Assembly: GCA_003971905.1 (NCBI GenBank) | Contig: RSEE01000060.1 | Span: forward strand, 248,001 to 312,000 | Direction of reading: 5' to 3' | Length of the DNA stretch: 64,000 nucleotides | From: Moniliella sp. 'wahieum' | Lineage: Eukaryota | In this document: positions 34,401 through 47,649 of the stretch, piece after piece | How the letters are laid out: every line of letters begins with the position of its first letter | Numbering within the stretch: position 1 is the stretch's first letter | Program-made: the position numbers and the translations under genes | The notes under the pieces: model-generated | The model's database searches: none | The model's input: only the letters and a program-made list of their open reading frames with translations | What the model was told of the DNA's origin: nothing

Positions 34401-35274
34401 AGGAACGCCGACGGTAGACGCGCCGAAGGTCGCAACACCCACGATGGGTAAGGCACTGGCGCACTTGAGCCTTGGTTCTGACTCGCCTACCTTTGCTCCT
34501 ACCCCATCATCTTCTTCACCTACCCCCCCTGCCACAGCTGCCGCCCACTCACCGGCTTCGCAACCTGATGCAGCAGGCCAGCTTGGGACCGCTGCGTCGT
34601 CGGCATCTGCGCCAGCTCCGACGCTGCAAGAGCGTGTACGCAAGCTGGAACGCGCTAGAACGGGGCAAGTTGCCTCCCCTAGTGGGGTTGGCCCTGGTGC
34701 TTCTTCCGACGTTGGTGCTGCGCTGCCTCGACCTACGCACAAGCCCGGATCGCGATCGGTTGCCTCCCCCCTTGCGGCGTTGCATTATCCGGTGCACTCC
34801 CATCCCACCCCGTCGGATCGTTCGTCGCCACCACCACGCGTTCGATCGCTCTGGTCTGCGGTGCGGGCGGGGAAAGTCCACGCTCGAGACGCCGCCCAAG
34901 CCCCCGCGCACTCGCACGCAGACGGGAAAGGTCGTGCGTCGCTCTTGCCATGGGAACGGGAAGCGTTGGTGGCGGAGGCGATAGAGAAAGGTGGGGTGGT
35001 GCGGGGGGAGATGCGAATGTTGGAAAGTCTGCAACGTCGGTCGGCTTCCCCTCCCGCGTCAGTGTTGGCGTCAGTGTCGTCTCCCACTGCTGAGAAGGAC
35101 GGTCCTGGTCCAGGAACAGGCACAGGGGAGAGGAAGGAGGGACCGAAACCGAAACCGGAACCGGAGTCGGAGTCGGAGTCGGAGTCGGAACCCGAACCGG
35201 AAACGGCTGGGTTCCATGGTGTCAACCGGTTGATTTCACGGTGGCAGCAAGTGAGCCAAAGTGGAATGCGGTAG
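31495..35274 (+). CDS. NAK-family (Ark1/Prk1/Akl1-like) Ser/Thr kinase with long low-complexity tail
   Basis: LADGGFAHVYLV, LVLKHI, intron 31794-31890, [78 protein letters not shown]. The tail is frameshifted and ends GFHGVNRLISRWQQ. Confidence 0.92.
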
Positions 35275-35409
35275 TCAGTCAGTCCAAGTACCAAGTACTT
35301 TCTTCTGTCGTGCTTTCTGCTCTCTCGGGGTTCCTCTCGGGTTTCCTCTCTCCTGTCCTGCGTTCTCTGCTTTCCGTGTAGGATGGGATAGGGAGGAGGT
35401 GGGGGGGGG

Positions 35410-35450
35410 GATGAGGTCGATGAGGTCGATGAGGTCGATGAGGTCGATGA
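35410..35450. repeat. 9-bp tandem repeat (GATGAGGTC)x~4.5
   Basis: Seen directly between the convergent 3' ends of the kinase and NVJ2-like genes. Confidence 0.9.
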
Positions 35451-35878
35451 GGGGGTTGGTTGATGAGGGGGTTGGTTGATGAGGACACCTTGCTTTTTGC
35501 CTGTGCATTTTACCTTTTGCATTTTGCATTTTGCCTTCTACCTTTTGTCTGTGCATGTTTACCTTTGCCTATGCCTAGCGCCTGCACACTATCCGAGCAA
35601 ACGAACGAGGTGCTAGGTGAACAATGACATTTCGCTCGCCGACCCAACGAAGGACCAAGGACAGGTGAATTAGATGGGTGGGAAAAGGACGGGATGGGAT
35701 GATCGATGAATAGCGAAGAGGAATGGATGCGAGGGGAGAGAGGCAAGACAAGTCAAGTCAAGTCAAGACAAATCAAGTGAAGGGAAGGCAGGTGAAGAGG
35801 GAAGACGAGGGGGGGGGACGAGGGGGAGGTACCGGCGGGAGACGGCGCGAGACGCAGGGGGGAGGAGGTTACAAGGAA

Positions 35879-38800
35879 TTACAACGCGCCCCAAGGAGCA
35901 GCCAAGATGGTAGGAGAAGGGGTATTGTCATAGTCATACTCTTCTCGGTCCACCTGGACGATCGGTGGCGCGTGGTGCAAGTTCCTTTTCAATTTCCTTT
36001 TCCTGTCAGTCTCGTGGTCGTCGCCATTCTCGTGCTCGTGGTCAGGCGCGGGCGGGGGCACGGTAGCCAAGGTAGCCATGGCCAAGCGCGGCTCGGTCCT
36101 CCGTTCAGTCCTCCTTTCGGTCCTCCGTTCAGTCCTCCTTCGGTCCTCCGTTCGCCCCACTGTTCGCCCCAAGGTTCGCTCCACCGATCACGTTCAGATC
36201 GTTCAGGCGAGCGGGCCAAGTGGGAAGCAGGAGCGACAGAAGGTCGAAAAGTAGGTTGGACAGCGGGATGAGCTTTGGTACCAGCCTGCGTGGCTACCCG
36301 TTCGTTCCGTTCGGGCGAATGGGCGAGGGCGACACGAGGCGGAGGGGGAGGGAGTACTGTTCCAGGTGGAGGACGAAGTGGGAGGAAGCGTCCGAGCGAA
36401 CTAGTACTGCCACTGGGACTGGCATTGGCACTGGGATTGAGGCTGGAGGTGAGATTAGCATTGGTGCTGGAGTTGGTGCTTGGATGGGGATTGGGATTGG
36501 GATTGGGGCTGCGGGTGGGACTGGGGTTGGGGCCAGGTAAGGCAGGCCCCAGTGAAGCGGAACAAGGTGGTGCGTGCTTGTGGGCTGTGGGCAGTAGGAG
36601 AAGAGAGGAGTTCCTCCTTATCGTTGCTCGACGCAAATGTCGTGGGGTGCTGTGCGGGTGGCAGGCGCAGACCCAGGCGCAGACCCAGGCACAAGCACAG
36701 GTACGGGCAGAGCGGTTCCCCCTGTTCAGGAGAAGGCAGAGCCGGGGAATGCGAGGGGGCATGGGGGGTGGCCTCGTCGCGTCCAGAAAGAAGGGAGAGA
36801 CCGAGGGTAGCACGAGGTCGTGGGGGGAGGAATTCAAGAGAAAGCGAGAAGAGGATGAGGTGGTAGATGGGGATCCAGTCAAGTCGGTGGGGGTAGCACT
36901 GTGCCGGTACGAGCGACGAATGTTAATGGAAGCGGCACGACGTAAACTGGGATGAGGAAGAGCTTCCTCTGAGCCGAGCGTAGTGAGAGGGAAAGGGTCT
37001 GAACTTTCCCCCCCCCACTTGCCTCTGGCTCGTCCGAGGGGGGAACCAGAACAACGTCGTTGATCACCGGGCCTACCATACTACGTCGGTTGGTCCACGC
37101 TGCGATGCCCCCGGCAGCACGACGCCAGGTCTTGAGCAGTGCTTGCCCCGTCTCGGTCGACAGGTCGGTGGTGCCTTTAGTCTTGCCCAAGGCGGAGACG
37201 AGGGCGATCCGCCGCATCCGTCAGGGGTGCAACATACTCACCCACACCGCGGTCTTCTACAGCTGCTGCACTGCTTTCGGGCTCCCCCGTTCCCGTTCCC
37301 GTTCCCGCTCCCGCTCCCGCTCCGATTCCCCCTCCTGTTCCCGTTCATGTTGCACCTCCGGCTGGGACGCGTGGGAGGCGAGCTGGACGTGAGGGTCTAG
37401 CGATTGAGCCGAGCTTGGTTCGGGCTGTTCGGACGACAGCAGGTCAGGTGGGGGCGTGATGTCAGATGTATCGGGAAACGAGGAGCGTTTGGTTTGGCGG
37501 GGGTGGGAGTGTGGTCGTGCTCGGACGGGAGATGGGGCGAGTGTAGATCGGAAGGGAGCGAGGGTAAGCTGAGGGTCGGGACTGAGGCGGAGAAGCGCAT
37601 TCCACCCTTGGGCGCGTGGGCCAGGGCGTGGGCGTGAGGATCGGCATGGGGATCGAGGACAGTGTCCAACTCGGACGGGGAATCATGTACGCTCTTACGT
37701 TGGAACCAGCTGCGTCGCCGGCCTCGTCAGGTAGAGGAAGAATGTCGTCGATGGGAGACGAGTGGGGCGATCGACCGGGACCAGATCGGCCTGGGCGGGA
37801 GCGACGTTGTTTCTGAGCGACGACCAGTTGGGCCGCATCGTTGCGAGCCAAAACGTCAGTCAAGGAAGCCTTGGCCGAAAGGGGCGAAGATTTATTCTTT
37901 GTCTTGCGTCGACGGACTTGGCCCGTAACCGGCGATGGGGTGGCACCTCTACCGCACTGGCGCTGGCCAGGCCCGCATCGCCCGCACTGATCGCCACGGT
38001 CGGACCTGAAGGGCTTGGAGCCGGACTGGGCGAGGAGGTAGCCGTTCTCTGCCCTCCTGGAGGAATGGGGATCGGGATGGGGATCGGAAGGGTGGTGGGA
38101 TCTTCCAGTAGCTCAGGGTCGTGGGTTCGGGTTGTATCTTCGTGCGGCTGGGGGGGATTATGTTCTTGCTCCGGAGCGCTCGGGCGCGCTGGGGAGCGGG
38201 CGGCGTCGGCCCAGATCCCACCGCGCTGAGCGTAGTCGGAAGAGTCGAAAAAGGTAAAGTCATCCATGTGGGGGAGAACGAGGGACTCGACGACCAACTC
38301 TTTGATTTTAGCCTCGATGGTGCGGGTGATCAAGGACCACTGAACCTGGCGAGCCGACACGCCAGGGATGATGGCAAAGTCCATTTGCGGGGGGCGGGTG
38401 AACCCCCACCACATGCGGTTGGAAGGAGGGGGCTTGATGGTGAACAGGGCGTTGCCCTCGAGTGAGCGCAGTTCGACCGCCAGAGAGAGGGGGACACCGT
38501 ACGTGTATGCCGGGTTCTTGAGCCCGGGAAGGCCCAGGGTTAAGACCGTGGCGATCACCACCTCATCTGGCCCTTGTAGTGGACTGAGGCCTCCATGGTC
38601 GCCTCGCCCTCTGGCGTGAGAGCCTTGAGCATCGGGCGACCAAAGAGCGGAGGCGCGGAACCAATGTTGACCTGCACCACCTCGACCGGTCCGAGGAGGG
38701 CAGGTGTCTTGATCCGAGAGAGTTTGCGACGAAGTTTAGCCGTCAAAGCCTGTTCCGTCCAGGCAGTACGACAAATGCCGACCCAATAGCGGCCCAACAA

Positions 38801-39841
38801 AGCATTGAACCAGCGCAGCGGCAATGGATCCGGCACGTCGTCCAAGCGTTGCATCAAATTGTGCATATCATCCTTGGAAAAGGCCTCGCCGACCGGGTCG
38901 CCGGGGTCGAGGTTCGCCTTGGCATAGGGGGCAGTCACACTCCCGCCCGGAGGAGGCTCGAGCGACGCTTTGAACAAGGCAAAGTACCATTCTCCAGGTC
39001 GGGCGCTGTGGGGGCAAATACGAACCACTCGTTCCGAGCGGTTGGGACGGGGAGTTCTGGGCTTTTTTCCGTGCCGCGCTGTGAGGTGGGAGCTACGATG
39101 CGGACCGCGTTTCTGCGGACAAACAGTTCTGCATCCAGCACCGGGCCCTCGGGCTGAGGAAGGGGATCGGGAGTGAGACCAGCGTGGGCATCGGGCGAGT
39201 GGGGGGAAGGACCGAGGGGTCCCAGAGCATCGCCGATCCAAGGCCCATAGATACTGACGCGCGTCCCACGCAGATCGATCGCAGCATACACTTCACCAGG
39301 TCCGGACGCGGGCAAGCCAGGGCGGTAGAGGTAGAGGATGAGGACGACTTGAGCACAGCATGGAAGATGCGTCGCCTGGGCGGGGCTTGGGGGCGTGCTT
39401 TCCCTTGCTTGCATTGGCAGACGAAGCCGGTGGCTCCTTTTCCGATCCAGACAGCAGGCCGGATCCGCCATCGTCCATCGCTGATCCCTTTTTGTCGCGC
39501 GGCTCGGAGCGCACCAAGCCACGGTACATGGCGCTGACGTAGCCGCCGCTGCGGGTCAAAAGGCCGTCGCGAGCGGCGGCGGGCGGCGGGGGCGGGGCGG
39601 TGGGGGGGCCATCGCGAGCCCAATGGCGTGTGACGACCAGAGGGCCGGCGCGGGTGGGGGCAGGGGCAGGGGCAGAGGAGGCGACTGGGTCGGCGGGCCC
39701 GTTGGGCAGATGCTCGAGCGGCACAGCATCCACCAGCGGCGGGGCGCGGCACAGCAGTAGGACATAAGCCACCGCCACACACAGCGGCAGGAAGGTCAGT
39801 GCGCCCGCCATGTACAGCGCGAGCGCAGTCAGCACACCCAT
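35879..39841 (-). CDS. NVJ2: Nvj2/TEX2-like membrane-contact-site protein (TM + PH-like + SMP); 3' end uncertain
   Basis: N-terminal TM MGVLTALALYMAGALTFLPL; PH-like FHAVLK...VYAAIDL; SMP WFNALLGR...KLSRIKTPALLG...PMLKALTPEGE, LRSLEGNALFTIKPPPSNRMWWGF, ESLVLPHMDD. Confidence 0.86.
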
Positions 39842-40847
39842 GGCGTGGTCGTGTGCGGCGCAGCGCCAGCGACCGTCGGCGGTGGTGGTGGGGGGGGCGG
39901 GCAGGGGCGGCGGCGGCGGCGGCGGTGGTGGAGGCGCTCGCTCGACGGAGTGGCAGGCGGCATGCATCATGCATCAGCCGTGGTGCATGATGGGTGATCG
40001 ATGCTGGGCTCGATGCTGGAGTACTCCGACTGAGCATTCAAGCATCACCCGCTGAGGCGGGGCGCGCGGTGGGTGACGCTGACGTGGCCACCACCCAGAT
40101 GATAAGAGCGCCCGGCCGCTCGGGCGGTCGTCTGAGGCCCGACGATCACGCCGGCCACGGCCCAGCTCAGCCGGAGCTCAGGCGCAGGGCTGACCGCGAC
40201 CACTGCTGGCGACAGAAGCAGCGACGACGGCGCTGGCCCTGGCTCTTGTGTGGATGGCGATGGGTGAGGGTCTGCTATACCCGAGCCATACCGCAGCTGT
40301 CCGCCGTTCCCCATGCTCAAACCAGTGCACCAGCACACCAAACTTATATAGCTGAGGGATTTTGTGTGCAGATTGCCTGGGCGGGTCGCTCGAAATGTCG
40401 TCCCAAGGGACGGATCCATCAGTTCAACGTTCATCGTTCATCGACATCCATCGTCAATCGTCTTTAACATTTCCCCATTCCTTCCGTGCGCCTGAACGAT
40501 CATGCGGATCTTGAGGTATCTAAGGGAACGAGCGCGTGGGCCACCACGCCAACAGGTGAGAAAAGGAGAGTAGTACACACGGTAGGGGGCGGGGGGGCAG
40601 GAAAAAAAATGCACTTCTCACTGACGTCACAGTGTTGAGATTGAGGGAGATCTGAGAAATAAACTGGTATGCCTCCGCCCAGGAGCGACGTTCAACGATA
40701 AACAAACAATATATACTGGTGCAGCCAAGAAGCCCAGAGTAACCCCCTCCCACGAAGCAGTCCCCCCACTGAATCGATCAAAACCGGACCAACATCCACA
40801 ACAGCAACAACCACAGCAACCACGACAACGCCAACAACAAAAAAATG

Positions 40848-40932
40848 CGCCCCACGTGGGACTCGAACCCACAACCGTGAGATGGACCTATTGGGTAAGA
40901 GTCTCAAATTCTACCGATTGAAATAGCGAGGC
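40848..40932 (-). tRNA. tRNA-Lys(CTT) with 12-nt intron (40884-40895)
   Basis: GCCTCGC-TA-TTTC-AATCGGTA-GAAT-T-TGAGA-CTCTTA[cccaataggtcc]A-TCTCA-CGGTT-GTGGG-TTCGAGT-CCCAC-GTGGGGC-G, followed by a T7 Pol III terminator. The intron is at the canonical 37/38 position. Confidence 0.92.
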
Positions 40933-41008
40933 GGACAAGCAAAGAAGCAAGACATCGGCAACGCTGCGACCATGCTCGTTGCGACTGGGGGTGCACGGAC
41001 ACTACGCT

Positions 41009-42419
41009 TTAAACTGTACGGGGATTGGGGACCAGAACAAGGTTGGGGAAAAGGGACGGGGGAAGAGAGGGGGAAAAGGGAATAGGGGAAGGGAGAAGGG
41101 GGGGTAACCGGTAACTCAGCGCAAAAGTTGAATACACCAAATCAAGAGAGCAAGGAGCAAAAGTACCGAACCGAGGAGCCCATGCAGCCCAATCCGCCGT
41201 AGGGCCCGAGGGGACGAGCAAAGTAAGCTTCCTGACGAGATATAGTACCAGTTCCAGTACTAAAATGAGTACGCTCAAGTTAGTTGGTCGGTACGATGCC
41301 CTGCTTCCCGAGCCGGGCCAACTTTTTCCATAATACGCTAACCGCGGCGCGCCGAGGGGAGCGGGGACGAAGGTGCAGTTAGGCCTGCCGAGCGAGTGGG
41401 CGCAGTGGAGGAGGAGGCAGGAGCAGGGGCAGGGGCAGGGGCGTAGGGGCGCGAAGGATCGGCGCAGAGGGTAAGGTGGAAAACGGTGACTGTTCCAGGG
41501 TGGAACTGGTTTGGGAGACGGGGGGGTGGAGGGAGGAGAAGGGGGAGCAGGGGAGTGGGAAGAGCCAGAGGAAGAGGAGCGGGGACGTGCTGCGGCGACA
41601 GCTAACAGGGAAGAAGTACTTGCTTTCATTCCGAGCTGGAGCACGGGAGGCGAAGGGTCCGGCTGCATTGAGGGTTGGTTTGGGTTTGGGTAGGCACGTC
41701 GGGAGGAGACTGCGACGCAGACCACCGTACAGGGTAAAGCGCGCATGGACTTGCGTTTATCGCTTCTTGTCTTTTTGCGTCCATAGATGACCAGTCGCGT
41801 TCGGGTCAAGGGACTGGCACTGGCCGCGTTGACGGCCGGAGTCCAGGTAGAGCCCAAGCCTTCGGAGGACGGGTGGGAAACGCGTCGGCCGCCACGTAGG
41901 ATGGCTTCCATGTCCCATGCCGACGGCGAGGCCGAGTCGAGGTGACCTGGACCGTAGGGGCGTGTTCGGACCGCATAGGATTCGCCCTCGGGCGTGCAAA
42001 GTCCTGCCACGGCTCTGGTTGGTTGACGCCCCACAGATCGGTGTGCTTGGATTTCTTGGAAGCGTGGGGCAGGCGCGCCCGTAGCCAGGGCGTGGAACCC
42101 GTTGCGTTGTCGTATTCGGCGGCAGGGCTGACGGGAAGAGTAAGGTCGAGGCAGGCGGGGTGGTGCGAGATCGGCCTAACGCGCGCACAGGCGGGGCGTC
42201 GGCACGATTGCGGTGGGGCGTGAGGGCGTCGTAGGGCGAGTCGTGGTGGACGTGGCCGCCTTCGGCAGGAAGGGTGCGTCGAGGCATATGACGTCGGTAC
42301 GGCCCGGGCGGTTCGAGCGGGAGGGCAGGAGGGGGTGGGAAAGGGCGAGGGGTGCAGCGGCGTCGGCCCGGGGACTGGGGTGGGGCCCGGGTTGACGATG
42401 CTTCATGGCAGCCAGCATG
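41009..42419 (-). CDS. Hypothetical protein (frameshifted ORF chain, hydrophobic C-terminal segment)
   Basis: The ATG at 42419 sits in a C-rich leader/GCCATG context like other genes here, and long overlapping ORFs follow. No family recognised. Confidence 0.3.
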
Positions 42420-45400
42420 GCGCGGGCAGCGTGGGGGGGGGGGGGGGGAGGCTGGTGGTGGGGGTGGTGGGAGGGTTGGGGGGGGGGGCTGGGAAGGGGG
42501 GGGTTGGGGGCAGCTGGGAGGCGGCGAAGACGGGGAGGAGGACAGGGGCGAGGTGCGGGGGCGCGGGAGCACGTGTGGTGTGGCGCAGTGCGGGGCTCGC
42601 TGTGCCGTTGCCCCAAGTCCGAAGAAGCACACCCGAGGGCTGCCCTGGCAGAAGAGCGCCCGTGCCCAAATGCAGACGCCTCGGCGCACCTCGATTGGCG
42701 CACCAGCTGGCGGCTGCACGCCTGTGCGCTGCTGTGGCGCGCCGCTGCGTTCGGCTGTCGCCCAAACGCCGCGCGCACGCCCACTGTCCCCCTGCGCCAG
42801 CTGGCGCTCGGCGGCCGCACGGGGCCAGTCTGCCACAGGAGGCCTGCCAGCTGCGGGGTACGCGCGGGGGAGGCAGGTGGCCGACTGGCGCTGTGCCGGG
42901 TGCAATCTGCCATCCCACACAGGCGAACCGAGCTGGAGCGCGGAGGCTCGGCGCACAGGACCAGTGTCCACTACCGATCGACGTCGGTGCTGCAAGCCGG
43001 TTGGCTGGCCTATGCTTGGGCCACGCTACGCAGCCTAACCAGACGCGACTCCTACCGCCCTGGGACGAAAGTCTGGCCATCGTGCTTTGGTAGCTCTACT
43101 TGGAATGCAGAATGGGCCATCCAGCTGGCATTAGCTCTCTGGTAGCCTCGGGTAGCCACCACCCCACCCCCTCACCACCCCCCAGCATTCCCTCGAGTCA
43201 GAAACCATGCCTCCACACTTTTATGTTGACCGGGAGGTCCGAGGGCCAATCACCTCTAAGCCACATTGACCTGGTCCCTTCTCACACATCAAACGCGCTG
43301 ACGCGCGTTCGATCGGATTCGCTCGGGCCTCAGACTGGTCTAGGCCCGAGCCGTTTCTTCTCCTTCTTCTCCTTCTTCTTCTTCTTCTTCTCCTCTTCTT
43401 CCTGTCTTGGGCCTAGTCCCGCATCCTGTCCTCGAACCATCACCTTCAGCCTCTGTTGTCCATCAGACTTGCTGGGAGACGTAGGCCAATATTTTACTCC
43501 CCCTCCGGTCCTCGGCTCCATCGTCAACCACCCCCTACCACCCCATGTCACATGTCACACCATTCCGTTCCAGTTCATTGGGCCCCCAACGCCCCTTCTG
43601 GACAACATCCGTGCCTTGATCACAAATCGAGATGACACTGCGGGGGCGTGTCAGCGTCAGCGTTCAGCGGGAGATCTTTCTGACTCTTGAAGCTTGGCGC
43701 TGTGTTGGGCACCAGGCGCAACCAGGTGGCTAATACCGTTTTATAGCGTTGTACATAGATGGCCACTAGGCAGGCACATTGTGCCGTTGTGTCAACAGGA
43801 CATGTGACTTGTGACGCGTGACGCGTCAGCGTGATGCGTAACAGGCTCTTTGGGACGGTATATATTCAGTGGCGCCGGTTACCGCTTACCGGTTCCCGGT
43901 TACTGGGTACCGGTTATCTTATGATTGCCCGGTTCCTTCCGGAGCCTCGAGTACCGGTAAGAACGCTGCAGTTATTCGCCAGCTCTTCGCCAGTCCTTCG
44001 CCTTTTAAATTTTAATAAGCTTTTGACAACACTGGAATCTACCAGTCTCCTTATCGCGCCGATACACCCATGTTTTTTCACCAAGCAATGCTCACATCTT
44101 CACTACCAAACGCATTTACTCGCTCCCTTTCTCGTCTCTCCCCAACGTCCAACAACACTAAACCTGTCTGTCGTTCTTGAAGTTGGCCCTAGTGGATCCT
44201 CGCGCGCTTCCCTCTGTCGCATGTTGTCACATGTCACCACATGTCACTACATGTCACTAGTAACTAGTAAAGTGCTTCTCAGCACACTCAGCCACGGCCG
44301 TTCGCTGGTCTCCCTATATAGTCCCCCCACCCTCCCCTTGCAGTAGGAGTCAAGCTGCTGTCCCCGCACATCCACCATCTGCAGCACCAAAGTAGCAGGC
44401 CAGATTAACTGATTAATGACTGTCCTGAGTAGTGATTTCACGCTGGCCTATAGGGCACGCCTACTTGGCGTGCTAACAGAAGACGAGTGGGGCAGCACTC
44501 AGGCTGCTCAAGCGCCAGCGTCGTCCGGCAGGCAAGTGTGCTAGTAGACTTGAACGTTCAAGCTCAAGATCCAAGATCCATGTCAATAATAAGCTTGCGC
44601 AGAGTACTGGCCAATAAGCCTGACCAGGCCGCGTTTTCGCATCGGGTTTACTGGCTGCATCATTCATTAATCCTTGCCCTTGCTCAGCTTGCTTCGCCTG
44701 CCCCATCACTTCTTCTTCTCTCTTCTCTCTTCTCTCTTCTCCTCTCTCTCTTTCCCTCTCTCTCTTTTTGATCCGATCGAGGCGCATGTGGCTGACTTGG
44801 CGCGCACAGGTCTACGTCCCGCCAGGCCCTGTAGACACGCAGGAGAGCGGCGCTTGTCCCTTGCCTCACCGCAGCCATCGTGACCACCGTCACCGCCTGT
44901 CTTCCCGTACAAGGGGAGGGGGGGCGGACAAGCCCGCGCGCCATGGGGGGGGGGGATTGGTCTCGTGGTTCGACCGGGGAGCGAGGGCTTGCAGTGCACG
45001 CTCCCGCTCGATTGACGCGCGCTCCATGAGGGATCGCTCAATCGGCGGTTGAGCCGGGGACGATCGAGTGGGGGGCGGTTTGTGCGTGGCTCGCACCCCA
45101 GAGGTGGTCGGACGACGATGGCAGGCGGGCGGGCTGGGTGCGCGGTCGGACCGCTCGGCTGCGCCGAGTGGGTACAGCGGCGCGAATGGGCCCAGTAGCA
45201 GGAGTCGGTCGACCGGAGCAGGAGCAGGGGAGAGCAAAGTGCGTGGGCAATGGACGGGGTCGCTGCGCAAGGCGGCGTCGGCGTTGTTGCGGCGAGGTGG
45301 GACGGTTTCCCTGAGCGGGGGGTATAGGATGTGTTTGGGGCGGCGCCGCAGCGCCAGAAGAAGATTTATCAGTGGTGCTACGGGCAAAGGCAGTGGGGTG

Positions 45401-45731
45401 TGGCCTGGGAGCAGCAGGAGCAAGAGAGAGAGAGAAAGAAAGAAAGGCGCCGATAGGAAGGCGAGTTAATTCCGACTGTAATGGTAGGCGCTCGGCAGCT
45501 GCTCTCCCCGCCGCCGCCCCAACCTTGCCCCGCACGTCCCCCAGCCCCACACTGCGCCAGTGCCCCCCCCTCTTCCGTCTGACCGGCTACCCGCGGCCCG
45601 GCCCCATGCCTCCTCCAACCCACCCCTTTAAAGTAGTCCACCCAAGCACCCACTTCGCTCTGTGTCCATCCCACTGGCCTCCGACCCACCTTTACCTCTA
45701 CCCCACCTCCACCTCCTCCACCCTGCGTGCC

Positions 45732-47649
45732 ATGCTATCCATCCTGCGCCCCGCGCGCCTCGCCTTCTCCGGTCCTGCCGCCACAGCGATCCGAGGGAGC
45801 GTACGCGCCTTGTCCACCTCGCCCTCGTCTTGCTTTGATGCGCTGGCCTCTGTCCTGCCCGACACGGTTGACCGTCTGGCGCCGAGCTTCCAGGCGAACA
45901 AACAAGACATGGACCGACTTGTCAGCGAGTACGATGCCACCCTCGCTGCCATCTCGCTTGGCGGGTCGGAAAAGGCCAGAGCAAAACATGTCAAGCGGGG
46001 GCAAGTTTGTGCCTCGGGAACGGTACGTTTCTATCTCTCTTGTTACTGCCTGCCTCCTCCTCCTATAACCCCCCCCCCCCTCCCCTGCTAATACACAATC
46101 TACGAGGATGGTGGTATACTAGGACCAACGCGCTAACCCTTCTGCTACCGTTCCCGTTACCGGTCACATACTGTGTCATGTCGATTGTGTGTGGGTAGCA
46201 TTGCCCGCCTTCTGGATCCTGGTTCACCGTTCCTCGAGCTGTCGCCCTTGGCCGGGCACGAAGTGTACCTGGGGAATCCGTTCCAGCCGCTGGGGTGATC
46301 ACGGGGGTCGGGCAAGTGCGCGGGGTAGGTGGTACCGTGGATGGTTGTGGCGAACGATCCGACCGTGAAGGGTGGAGCGTACTACCCACTGTCAGTCAAG
46401 AAAGCATTTACGTGCGCAAGCGATTGCGCGGGAAAACCGGTTACCGTGCGTGTACCTCAACGAGAGTGGTGGGGCTGCGTTACCGTATCAAGCCGAGGTG
46501 TTTCCGGACGAGCAGCACTTTGGAGCGATTTTTTACAATATGGCTCAACTTCGGCGCTGGGCATTCCGCAAATTTCCGTCGTACACGGTATGAGTGTTGC
46601 GGGGGGCGCGTACGTGCCTGCGATGGCGGACGAAACGATCATTGTGCGTCGACAGGGACACATTTACCTTGCGGGTCGCCGTTGGTCAAGGCGGCTTTGG
46701 GCGAGGTGGTGGACGACGAAGCGTTGGGCGGGGGGGAGATGCATACGTCAGTCAGTGGGGTAGCGGATCATTTGGCGTGGGACGATGGTCATGCGATCGT
46801 CTTGGCTCGGGAAGCGGTGGGTCACCTCGGTCTGGCCGGTGTGGAGGCGACGACTGCGGCGCCCTATGCCAGTGAACCGCCACTGTACCCGATGGAGGAC
46901 TTGCATGGCATCGTATCGAGCAACTTGCGACAACCATTTGATGTGCGCAGTGTGATTGCCCGCTTGGTCGATGGCAGTCGCCTGCACGAGTTTAAAAAGG
47001 CGTATGGCACCACGCTCGTTACGGGGTTTGCGAGGCTGGGCGGGTACCCGATTGGGATTGTGGGCAACAATGGGGTGCTGGTGAGTGATAGTGCCAAGAA
47101 AGCGACATCGTTTATCCAGCTGTGCAACCAACGTCAAATCCCGCTCTTGTTCCTGGTCAACGTTACGGGCTACATGGTGGGCGAGGCAGCCGAACGGGGG
47201 GGCATCGCTAAAGATGGCGCCAAGATGGTCCGGGCTGTGGCAACGGCCGACGTGCCCAAGTTGACTGTCAACATTGGTTCGTCCTATGGTGCTGGGACGT
47301 ACGGGATGGCAGGACGTGCGTACCGGCCTCGGTTCCTCTTTTCCTGGCCCAATGCCCGGACGAGCGTGATGGGAGGCGAGCAGTTAGCCAAGTGATGCAG
47401 ACGGTCAGTTCGAATGCGGCCGCTGCGGCGGGACTCAAGGACCAAATTGATCGCGAGAGTCAAGCGCGGTATGGATCGGCACGGTTGTGGGACGACGGGA
47501 TGATTCGGCCGCAAGATACGCGTTCAGTTCTTACGCTCGCCTTGGCTGTGGCAGAACAAGGGCGCGCGCGGAGCAAGCACTATGGCAGTGGCGATAGTCA
47601 CCCGGCGTGGGATGGGAACGGGCATGCTGGAGGGGTGTACCGGATCTGA
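45732..47649 (+). CDS. MCCC2: 3-methylcrotonyl-CoA carboxylase beta subunit (mitochondrial)
   Basis: Mitochondrial-type presequence; [14 protein letters not shown]; intron 46023-46198; [102 protein letters not shown]. Confidence 0.96.

Noticed and set aside
44580..45470. Possible gene upstream of MCC-beta
   Set aside because: Only low-complexity Arg/Gly/Ser ORF fragments around CT/GA microsatellites, with no supportable gene model.
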